The notes below the pieces were generated by a model. The model did not search any database, was not told the DNA's origin, and saw only the letters and a program-made list of their open reading frames with translations. From NCBI GenBank assembly GCA_951406725.2, contig OX597818.1, positions 77,376,001 to 77,440,000 of the forward strand: DNA of 64,000 bases. The letters are read 5' to 3'. The stretch comes from Octopus vulgaris. Taxonomy: Eukaryota. Made by a program: the position numbers and the translations under genes. Shown in pieces: positions 53,365 through 64,000 of this stretch; positions within the stretch are counted from its first letter, which is position 1; every line of letters starts with the position of its first letter.

Positions 53365-53631
53365 TCTAGAGTGTTATCAGTCATATGATATAACTTGGGA
53401 AGTATACTTTAGCCGTTGTGGGTAGTATCAAGAAATATTATATATTTTCTTTTAATTTCTTACAGTTATAATCAAACTTTTATGAAATTTCTTGCTGCTT
53501 ATACTAAATGCTGAAGTGAAAACACAAATGAAATTAAAAGCAAATTTCTCATTTGTGTGACCCTTCTTATAACTATTCTGTCTTTACTCACCCTCTTCTT
53601 CTTACTCTGTCTCTATAATTCTTTCTATCTC

Positions 53632-53664
<33 letters not shown>

Positions 53665-54814
53665 GGAGGCACTATTTTACTCATTGTCTGCCACCATGCC
53701 AACTATGTGCTCTCATCCTTCACCTTTTGTGTTAAGTATTTGTATCTCTCTTTTATTGTCTCTTCCCCCTCTCTCCATATGACTGGAGAAATCAACTGGC
53801 TAACATGTATATTGACTATTATTATATCGAGGTCCTTTACAGATCCCAAATAAAGCTAATCAACTCATCATATATGTTAATGTACAAATTTACATATTTG
53901 TATATTGTTGGATCTGCTGGTTTTGTCAAGATGTTCTTATTAACCACACAGTTTGGATTGGCATTTTTTAATAGAGAAAAACTGACATTAAACAGTAATG
54001 TAATTTATCTCAGAGCACAACTTGAGAGGTAGTGTTTCAACCTGATAGAAATAGCAGCAACTCTCATGAAAATTACACCTTACCATCTTATGAAAAAGGG
54101 CACATTAAAATGTAACTTTAGATACATTATGGTTGATAAAAAAATAGAATGGATATGGCTATCTTAGGGTAAATAACAGCAGTTAACAAGGCTTGCATTC
54201 ATGACCATATAATCATTAACCAACCTTGCACTTTAACCTTATATCAGCTGTGTAGATATCTTTACAGTGAAATCTCTGATACTAATGGAAGTTTTTCACA
54301 TAGTTTTCAATCTTGTATGCTATCTACATTCCTTGTAGTCATAATACAATTTTTTTTTTTGGTGCTAGGATTCATAAAGCTGGTTGCTTCACTTCCATAA
54401 TGTATAATTGACTGGAATTACGACATTCCCTCAGAACGGGTTTGTTGTAAGATTCAAGGTTAGCAATTTTGAGGGGAAGGGGAAATACATCAACCCCAGC
54501 ACTTGACTAGTACTTTATCAACCCTGAAGGGATTGAAAGGCAAAGTTGACAGTCTGTAAAAAAACAGAAATGCTGCTGAGCCTTTTATCTAATGGTACTG
54601 CCAGCTTGCTGCCTTTTGTATGATATGATATATATGATATGATGTAATGTGATGATATGATATATGATGTGATATATGATATACTAGCAAGTCCTGCTCT
54701 TGACAAACAAACTCTACTGTAGATCTTACAGATATTTTTAAGCAGAAAAATGTCTGGGATTGTAATTAAGTCCTATCTGCAAAGTGCTCATTTCAAGATA
54801 GATTGTTCAATTCT

Positions 54815-55345
54815 TCAAGCTTCAAATGCTTTACATCTATTGTAGATCATTTGTTTCCAAACTGATTGATTTTGCTTCATCTGCTCCCAGTCTTCAACTT
54901 TCACATTAAGAGCCTTAAGGTTGCTTTTAACAGCACCCCTAAAATGTTTCTTAGGTTTATGTCTTGGATGTTTGCTATGCTGTAACTCCCTGTAAAACAA
55001 CTGCTTTGGCAACCTGTCATCCTGCATCCTTGCTGTGGTGCTGATATGTTATCCAGGTCTCAGAAGAGTACAGGAGGACAGTTAAAATGCAAGATTCATA
55101 GATACTAAGCTTGGTTTTGGAAGGTGATACCTCTGTCAGACCACACATGTTTTTCAAGCCTTCCAAATGCTGGCTTTTTCAATTCGCAGGTTTATTTCAG
55201 AATCAAGGGATCCATCTCTAGAGAGAGTGCTGCCAAGGTAGATGAACGAGTCAACCACATCTAATCTTGTACCCTGGACAAAGATGGTTAGGTTCCACAT
55301 AGGGTTGGCCTGGTGGCTGAGAGAACATGATCTTTGTTTTCTTTA
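54815..55345 (-). pseudogene. RTE-clade LINE fragment (RT C-terminal region), degraded
   Basis: Minus-strand peptides DVVDSFIYLGSTLSRDGSLD and MQDDRLPKQLFYRELQHSKHPRHKPKK. Confidence 0.85.
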
Positions 55346-55378
55346 TACACATGCACACACACATTATATATATATATA

Positions 55379-55796
55379 CAGGGGTTCAACAAAATAATGG
55401 AAACACCTAGCATCATAGCATTATAATTTTGAAATATCTATAAAACCATCAAAAGTTTGTTTATTTTTATTGTTACTGAATGGCACGAGGTACATTCTAG
55501 TGAAGTTGAACAACTTATCTGGCCACCACAGTCCCCAGATCTCAACATTATGGAACATTTATGGTGTATTTTAGAAAAACAAGTAAGGAGTCAATATCCT
55601 TCACCATCATCACTACAAGAACTGGAGACTATTTTAGCTGAAGAATGGACAAAAATTCCTTTGGAAACAATTCAAACTTTGTACAAGTCCATACCTCGTA
55701 GAATTCAAGCTATAATTATTTTCAAAAGTGGTCTTATCCCATATTAAAATAAATTTGTTTGAAATTTTTAGGTGTTTCCATTATTTTGCCCAACCC
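55379..55796 (+). mobile_element. Internally deleted Tc1-like transposon retaining the transposase C-terminus
   Basis: TIRs CAGGGGTTCAACAAAATAATGGAAACACCTA / TAGGTGTTTCCATTATTTTGCCCAACCC in (TA)n. WPPQSPDLNIMEHLW DDE motif in ORF 55457-55747. Confidence 0.9.
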
Positions 55797-56534
55797 ATAT
55801 ATATATATATATATAAATGGGCGTATATATTTTTATCTGAAGTTGATTTACTGGACTAATATGAAATCTTGCAAAGAAATTTACAGCTGAATATTGATCT
55901 AAAATATTGGAAGTCTTATACTAATTACATTATGAAAGTGTCATAAAACTGTGAGGAATATAGAACACCGGTACTGTATTTGATGACATAAAAAATGCAC
56001 CTCAATTTGAGCAGTGCATATTTGGCAAAAGAATTTTCAGTGTATTGAAGCTTATGGGAGGTCAACTTCACATATAAGGGTGATTCTTTTTGGAGACAAG
56101 TTTTGGAGAAAAAAAGTGCATATTATATGCCATGATATACAGCAGGTTTCACTTTAGTATTCAACTGTCGGTAAGCCTGACTTCTTGTGGTTATGTGAGA
56201 AACCTATAAAATGACATTCCTAGTTTAATATGAAATATTACTTGATTGAAATTTTAATGACAACTACTTCTGATTAGTTTGTAAAGAGAAACTTAATTCA
56301 TATAAAACATAAATGAACTGCTCTATCAGTTCATTTGGGTGGTGAATGTGTTTTTTAAATATTAAAAATTTTTAAAAAATTTTTGTCTTGACATTCAGGT
56401 ATTTTTTTAAATAGAATTTTAAATAATTATTTTAATTCACTTTTCTTTTGTGAAAATGGTCTGTTTGTCCTTGATGTAGAAGTATTAGTAGACTTGGTTA
56501 CCAAAGAGTTTGAATTAGTATTCCACCTCCTTGT

Positions 56535-57059
56535 TTCAAATGCTTTACATCTATTGTAGATCATTTGTTTCCAAACTGATTGATTTTGCTTCATCTGCTC
56601 CCAGTCTTCAACTTTCACATTAAGAGCCTTAAGGTTGCTTTTAACAGCACCCCTAAAATGTTTCTTAGGTTTATGTCTTGGATGTTTGCTATGCTGTAAC
56701 TCCCTGTAAAACAACTGCTTTGGCAACCTGTCATCCTGCATCCTTGCTGTGGTGCTGATATGTTATCCAGGTCTCAGAAGAGTACAGGAGGACAGTTAAA
56801 ATGCAAGATTCATAGATACTAAGCTTGGTTTTGGAAGGTGATACCTCTGTCAGACCACACATGTTTTTCAAGCCTTCCAAATGCTGGCTTTTTCAATTCG
56901 CAGGTTTATTTCAGAATCAAGGGATCCATCTCTAGAGAGAGTGCTGCCAAGGTAGATGAACGAGTCAACCACATCTAATCTTGTACCCTGGACAAAGATG
57001 GTTAGGTTCCACATAGGGTTGGCCTGGTGGCTGAGAGAACATGATCTTTGTTTTCTTTA
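56535..57059 (-). pseudogene. Duplicated copy of the RTE LINE fragment
   Basis: Matches 54821-55345. Confidence 0.85.
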
Positions 57060-57092
57060 TACACATGCACACACACATTATATATATATATA

Positions 57093-57510
57093 CAGGGGTT
57101 CAACAAAATAATGGAAACACCTAGCATCATAGCATTATAATTTTGAAATATCTATAAAACCATCAAAAGTTTGTTTATTTTTATTGTTACTGAATGGCAC
57201 GAGGTACATTCTAGTGAAGTTGAACAACTTATCTGGCCACCACAGTCCCCAGATCTCAACATTATGGAACATTTATGGTGTATTTTAGAAAAACAAGTAA
57301 GGAGTCAATATCCTTCACCATCATCACTACAAGAACTGGAGACTATTTTAGCTGAAGAATGGACAAAAATTCCTTTGGAAACAATTCAAACTTTGTACAA
57401 GTCCATACCTCGTAGAATTCAAGTTATAATTATTTTCAAAAGTGGTCTTATCCCATATTAAAATAAATTTGTTTGAAATTTTTAGGTGTTTCCATTATTT
57501 TGCCCAACCC
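57093..57510 (+). mobile_element. Duplicated copy of the deleted Tc1-like element
   Basis: Matches 55379-55796 except for one A>V codon change. Confidence 0.9.
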
Positions 57511-57904
57511 ATATATATATATCCGAAAGGCTTTTGTCCATTTTATATGTACATGTATAATTCTATTTTTTATGTTACATTTGTCCAATAGTTGAAAGAC
57601 TCTTTCTGCTTGTTATTTCCTTGTGTTTGTATATTGTTTGTATATGTACATTTGTTTGCCTTGCTCAGGGGCTTAATGCCCTCAGCTTAAGCCCCTGGCC
57701 CAACTGATTTTGAGTAGTATCAGAGAGGATTGGGCAAAACTACGTAGACACTCCAGACTCCGACTGAAGAAGCAATTGTGTGTGAATGATCCATGTTTCT
57801 TGTTTTGTCCTGTTTGCCGTTGTTGTGTTATCATCCTTTTCCTGCTTGTTATGTTTTGACCATTTCCGTTTGTTGTTTTTGATTTACATATATATATATA
57901 TATA

Positions 57905-58936
57905 TTCCGGGTAGAAGTAGGTGTGCACCAGGGCTCAGCCCTCAGTCCCCTTTTATTCATCATAGTCCTTCAGGCAATAACAGAGGAATTCAAAACGGGA
58001 TGCCCCTGGGAGCTCCTCTATGCCGATGACCTAACTCTCATAGCAGAATCACTACCGGAACTAGAAGAGAAATTTCGGGTGTGGAAGCAAGGGTTGGAAT
58101 CAAAGGGCCTTAGAATAAATGTAGCAAAGACCAAAGTATTAGTAAGCAGCAAGAGGTACTCAGCACACACCCCCTCGGGTAGGTGGCCCTGCTCAATCTG
58201 TAGGAAAGGTACAGGTAGAAACTCCATAAGATGCACCCAATGTAAGTTATGGACACATAAGAGGTGCAGCAACATTAAAGGGAAATTAACAGATAAGATA
58301 GCTTTCATGTGCGGCAGATGCACAGGGACAATAGACACAACAGACACTCAGAAAACAGATTCCATCACACTCCAGGGAGAGAAACTAGAAGTAGTTGATA
58401 GTTTCCGCTACCTGGGTGACCAAGTTAGTAGCGGAGGTGGATGCACAGAGAGTATCACCACTAGAATACGAATAGCCTGGGCAAAGTTCAGAAAGCTCCT
58501 ACCCCTACTGGCAACAAAAGGTCTCTCCCTCAGAGCGAAAGGTAGATTGTATGATGCATGTGTGCGAACTGCCATGCTTCACGGTAATGAAACATGGGCA
58601 GTGACTGCAGAGGACATGCGTAGACTTGAAAGAAATGAAGCTAGCATGATCCGCTGGATGTGTAGTGTCAGTGTGCACGCAAGACAGAGTGTAAGCATCC
58701 TAAGAGAAATGCTGGATATAAGAAGCATCAGATGTGGTGTGCAAGAGCGACGCTTGCGATGGTATGGTCATGTGCTGCGGATGGATGAAGAGAGATGTGT
58801 GAAGAAGTGCCACTCCCAAACAGTTGAAGGTATCAGGGGGAGAGGTAGACCCAGGAAGACATGGGATGAGGTAGTCAAGCATGACCTCAGAGCATTGGGC
58901 CTCACTGAGGCAATGGCGAAAGACCGAGATCTCTGA
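57905..58936 (+). pseudogene. Reverse transcriptase C-terminal half (QGSALSP, YADD) with embedded PHD-type finger
   Basis: Uninterrupted frame with GVHQGSALSPLLF, LLYADD, INVAKTK, FRYLG, RRLRWYGHVLRM and GRGRPRKTW. The TGA at 58934 is probably a mutated TGG (DRDL*RYAV). Confidence 0.93.
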
Positions 58937-59289
58937 AGATATGCTGTGACTGCAAAGACCCGGGCTGCTTTCTGCAGCAATTCCACATACCCCCTACCCA
59001 TTCAAAGTACCCCGGATCCCCAAAGTACCCCGGACCCAGTTGCCCCCGTGCCGCTGGCACGTTAAAAGCTCGAACCGATCGCGACCAATGCCGGACCCCC
59101 TGGCCCCTGTGCAGGTGGCACGTAAAAAGCACCCAATCCACTCACGGAGTGGTTGGCGTTAGGAAGGGCATCCAGCCGTAGAAACTCTGCCAAATCAGAC
59201 TGGAGCCTGGAGCGGCCCCTGGCTTCCCAGACCCCGGTCGAACCGTCCAACCCGTGCTAGCGCGGAAAACGGACGTTAAACGATGATGA

Positions 59290-59293
<4 letters not shown>
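57905..59293 (+). mobile_element. 5'-truncated young RTE-clade LINE inserted in (TA)n, with 3' UTR and (GAT)n tail
   Basis: Starts abruptly at FRVEVGVHQGSALSP after (TA)n and ends ...GGAAAACGGACGTTAAACGATGATGATGAT followed by (TA)n. Confidence 0.95.
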
Positions 59294-59372
<79 letters not shown>

Positions 59373-59509
59373 TACATTATATATATGTGTGAGATAATAG
59401 TTTCACTTCAATAGTTTCAGTATTAATAGCATTATGAAATTTTAAAAAGGCTATTGAAACAAATAAATCTGGTCCTGTGCAGACTATGTACTCGTTAAAT
59501 TAAATTATT

Positions 59510-59880
59510 TGATCCCTTTGCCTCCTATGGGGCATAATCCATTGATAACTTTTCTCTAGGCTGTCTTTAATGCTTTTCTCTAGTTGGATCCATGCTTTTT
59601 CAGCTCTGTCTCAATATTTTGCTTCATATGTTTCTCTAGAGGGAAGTCATTCTCTCCCAGGTCTTGTTGGTTTTGAATTGTCATTGAATCTTCTGTATCT
59701 TTTGTTTTCCTAGACAGGGGTGTTGGCCCTACACAAACCCAGTGGTCGATATTAGTCAGGCCTCTATCCTTTGGCCTGTCAAGCACGAGCAGCCCTGTCC
59801 AGAGCTTGTGCTCTGCTGGCATAGCTCTCAGGGTCATTGAGACACACAAACCACCATATTGCAGTAAGGAATGGACCTTG
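59510..59880 (-). mobile_element. Short non-autonomous RTE derivative (5'-UTR-like part joined to a 3' tail)
   Basis: Minus strand reads GGTTTGTGTGTCTCAATGACCCTGAGAGCTATGCC, resembling RTE/Expander 5' UTRs as recalled, and ends TATGCCCCATAGGAGGCAAAGGGATC. Confidence 0.55.
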
Positions 59881-60230
59881 TGGCAGTGGTTAAATTAAGG
59901 TTGAAGTAAAATATAGCATAAATATAAACAGAACTATTTTTAACTACATATAATTTTTTTTATTCCAAAGAAAAGATATAGTCTGTTCTATCATATAATT
60001 TCTTCCTTTACTTCACACGCCCTACTTTTATTTTTGCCTACTCTTGGAAGAACTGATGTTGAATACATAAAATACACTTCAGTTTGACTGATTTAGCAAT
60101 GTAGGTGTTAAATATACACAGGAAGATATATTTAGGTGCACACTGAACAAAAGGAACCATAGTTTTACATAATTTATGCAAAAATTATCAGGAAATCTTT
60201 TAGTCATGTTTGATAATGTTTAGTTTGTCT

Positions 60231-60262
<32 letters not shown>

Positions 60263-60675
60263 TTAATAAGTGCAGTGTGTATCGTTGAGTATCGTTCAAA
60301 TTACCTTTTATCATTGTATCCTGACTTTTCAAGCATATTATTTGTGAGTAGTTGATAGCTATTATATCAGCTGCACAAACAACAGGTTGTAAATAGTATG
60401 AGGAATATCTCTTGGTTTAATGGAAGGCAAAAGATCTTTTTTTATGAGAAACTTTTGTGCATACCACTACTATCACTATCATCACTACTACCACAACAAC
60501 CACTATCACAACTACAATAACCACTACCACCTCCCCTTATTTTCTCTCTTGGTTTGGGTTGCAAGGCAGTGGATGGATAATGGTACAATTTTATATTCAT
60601 TGTAATTTTTTGTAAATTATATTACTTCTTAGTTTTTTTTAATTCTCTTTACAGTAACCAAACTTGAAATTAACC

Positions 60676-60733
<58 letters not shown>

Positions 60734-60949
60734 TGGCCTAAGCAGAGGAAAAAGGGCAATATGTATGGCTCCTTTTAGAAGCTTTTTAAGATAAATGGGA
60801 AGAGGTTGTGCTCAGACCAGAGACTTGATCTGACCTGAGTAATTGAAGCAGTGGACTCTGTAAAAGTACCTAGGGGTCAGGTGTTGGCGTTATAAATCAG
60901 GCGACAGATTGTTTTCCATCCAATAACAGGAACAGTTTGCTTGACAGGC

Positions 60950-60995
<46 letters not shown>

Positions 60996-61946
60996 TGTCT
61001 ATCAGATTTCACTTGCATGTGAAATTTGGGCTGACCCCCAAGGTTGTAACAGATATTACTTGCTCAAGATGCTGTGCAGTGGGATTGAGCCACCATCATC
61101 ATCTAATGACTGTTTTCCATGCTGGCATGGGTTGTGCAGTTAGATAGGATCTGATTAACCAAAGGATTATGTCAAATTCCAATATCTGCTTTGGCATGGT
61201 TGCTACAGCTTGATGCCCTTCCTGATACCAACCACTTTACAAAATATACCAGGTGCTTTTTTTTCATGACACTGACAGTAATGAGGTTTCCAAATAACTC
61301 ACAAGATAAGACCCCTTGATCTTTGCCAAGTGATCTTCTTAATATAGTTTCACTTTCACCCATATAAACCCATTGTACTAAATGGTGTTTACTTTGGCTA
61401 TCCTAGTTGGTTTCTCAGTGATACTGGAATTCCATGAAGTTTTTTTTAAAAATTATCTCAAAGTTCTTGAAATGTTTTTCTTAATACATTTTACTTAAAT
61501 CCAATACTTTACTTTATGGCTGATAAAAGTTTATTAGAAAATTTGCTTGTTTGTCATGTAGCTATCTATATACTGGCATTCTGTTGGTTTCGATCATGAG
61601 GTTTCCAGTTGATCCAATCAATTGAAGAGCCTGTTTGTGAAATTAACAGGCAAGTGGCTGAGCACTCCACAGATATGTGTACTCTTAACATAGCTTTCAA
61701 GGAGATTCAGTTTGACATAGATTGTGACAAGACTGCTCAAAAACACAAAAACACAATGAACTGATGATCTTATGGTCATGAGCCAGATACCTTGGCCACT
61801 AAGCCATGTGTTAAGGAGTGATATCAACGATAGTTTTAGGACTGATTGTACAGTTATATATTATTACTGACAATGTTATGATATACTGATTTGAGAATCA
61901 TTACTGCAGTTCAGTGACTAAAACTACTAAAAGAATAGCTTAAATG

Positions 61947-62195
61947 TTGGATTGGTGCATAATTATTGTGGCTTTTTTTCCAACAAATTTTATTCAACAA
62001 TAACTATAACATGTAACAAAAATATCTTTAAATGATTATTCTGGAGCATATTCACCATCAACTTCAATTACTGCTTCCCATTTGTTTGGCAGACGGCCAG
62101 ACCATCATTTAAAGATGTTTTTGTTAAATATTGTTATTGTTTTTGTTGAATAAAATTCGTTGAAAAAAAGCTGCAATAATTATGCACCAACCCAA
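61947..62195 (-). mobile_element. Mariner-derived MITE with long TIRs and a transposase C-terminal remnant
   Basis: TTGGATTGGTGCATAATTATTG..ATTTTATTCAACAA / TTGTTGAATAAAAT..CAATAATTATGCACCAACCCAA-TA. The minus strand encodes RLPNKWEAVIEVDGEYAPE*. Confidence 0.85.
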
Positions 62196-62289
62196 TAGAT
62201 TTGTAATTACCTTTCTTTGTGTGTGTGTTCTTGGTTTCAGTTTTGGGGATTTAGCCATCTTAGAGCACCATATTTATTTATATTCATAC

Positions 62290-62680
62290 TTAGGTACATA
62301 GGTACAAAGTTCACTTTGTAACCACATGATTTGAGGTTCAATTTGACTGCAAGACATTTTGGGCAAGTGTCTCTTCTACTATAGCCTTAGGTCAAACAAT
62401 ACCTTATGAGTAAATTTGGCAGGGAGAAACTGAAAGAAGCCTATTGTGTGTGCGTGTGTGTGCATATGACTACATGGTTTGATGTTGTACTCTGATTGTA
62501 ATAAGTCCCCATTATTCATGTAGCCACTATGTAGTTCATGTTCAAAGGACTAACAAGAAACATCACCTTGCTTGGAAAACAGGTGAAGGTTAGTGATAAG
62601 AAGTGTCCAGTCATGGAAAATATGCTTCTACAAATTTTGTCTTACCCATGCCAGCATGGAAAGTAAGCATTCAAATGAGA
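62290..62680 (+). mobile_element. SINE family A with RTE-type tail
   Basis: TTGGGCAAGTGTC..TTCTACTATAGCC head and CCCATGCCAGCATGGAAA tail. Confidence 0.8.
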
Positions 62681-64000
62681 AATAATGTCTTTTGCTGTAC
62701 AGTTATGACTTGTTTTTCTTTCTTATTGTCCTGAACACTCAGATTACTTTCTCTGTATTAGAAAGTAGAAAAGTAAGATACAATGAAAATGAGTAAATTT
62801 AGTCTTAATTTCTATCTTTTCTACAAAACATTTTTTATCCCAATTAAACCTGCTTATTAACATCATTATGAAACAATTTGGGAACACAGATCAGGCAATG
62901 TAGGTCAATTAAGCTACATCCAATGCCACTAATCTCACTCATTCTTTGTTTACCTAATTTGGTCAATTTTGATTATGAATATGGAGATAGAACAGTTTTT
63001 TTTTTAATGTCTCATATGATAATTTCGTTTCTGTATTTGGTTAGCAAGATTCTTTATTGAATTTGTGTGTTGAAGCATATTTTATTGTGTCTGGGGAGAG
63101 TCATTCTCTTTTAGTGCCTTATTATTTAACACACTTGCTGGTTTGATTTCCACTCATTTAGTTATTTATTTTTTCTAAAATTTTTTTTGTTTTGCAACCT
63201 TTTCAATAGACATTATCTCTGTCCATTATCAGCGCTGCATTTTTGTTTGTGTGCATATATGTGTCAGTGTGCATGTGTATACACATGTATGCATGCATGT
63301 GTGTATGCACATATATTATGTGTGTGTATATATATATATATGCATGTGTGTGTGTGTATTTGTGTGTGTTCCTGTCTTCTTGTATGTGCATGTTTGAGTG
63401 TGTGTATAGGTTTGTGTGACAATGTACATGCGTCTGTTATGTATGGATGTGTGTGCGCGTGTGTGAAGTGTGTGTGTATACGAACATGTGTTTCAGTCTT
63501 CATTTGTGTATGTGTGTGTGTATTTCTGCTGTATTACCTTTGTGCCTATCTATCTAGTTATCTGTTTATGTATATGTCCATTTACCGACACACACACACA
63601 CGTCTACATAACAGCCTACTAAGAACTCTACCTGTGTATATATAAACTGTAGGTATTGGGGTATGACTACCTTCTACGTATATTTCCTATTTAGTACTGG
63701 GGATGTTTCATTTATGAAGACATACTCCTGTATTTGTCTGAGTGTCAGGTCCTTCGGGTGCTTGGATAAAATGCGGATGTTAGGTTGACCCAGTGTGCCT
63801 CCATGTTGGCAAAGTATGGAGGACTATTTTTTGTTGTCATATTGTCTAAAATGTTCATTTAGTCTCTCTGCAATGCTTCTAGATGTCTCACCTATGTATA
63901 TCATGTTCTTGTTTTTACAAGCACCCTCTATGCACCTTATGTTGTAGACTACATTTCTAGTTCAACAGTTAATGCCAGGGTTAATCTTACATACCATGCA

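Larger units (their letters stand above)
52272..57522 (+). repeat. Recent discontinuous tandem duplication: A 52272-52997 = A' 55813-56538; B 54821-55808 = B' 56535-57522
   Basis: Near-identical sequence at constant offsets of 3541 (A) and 1714 (B). Only isolated substitutions were seen. Confidence 0.95.

Noticed and set aside
53466-53514. Acceptor followed by YNQTFMKFLAAYTKC*
   Set aside because: Composition is the same as the flanking intron, with no recognisable homology or good donor.

Overview
This is eukaryotic, AT-rich, microsatellite-dense DNA. Its repeat families look like those of an octopus (coleoid cephalopod), which is an inference from repeat content only. No constitutive protein-coding exon could be recognised, and most computed ORFs are microsatellite or SINE artefacts. 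The + strand is T/G-skewed, consistent with long intron(s) of a + strand gene. Recognisable elements: many tRNA-derived SINEs (some in head-to-tail arrays joined by (ATT)n), a young 5'-truncated RTE LINE with a PHD-type zinc finger inside its RT region, older RTE and Hero-like LINE fragments, a decayed full-length mariner, internally deleted Tc1 and mariner elements, TTAA-flanked MITEs, a non-autonomous Helitron, Penelope-type repeats carrying hammerhead ribozyme motifs, and a very recent discontinuous tandem duplication (A-X-B-A'-B') with microhomology junctions. The best candidate for something new is a transposon-poor island (~10.5-14.5 kb). It holds a candidate 45-nt cassette exon followed 7 nt later by a ~240-nt RNA fold whose G-U pairs work only on the + strand, plus further candidate micro/alternative exons. 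All pairings and alignments were done by eye, and the host gene is not identified.
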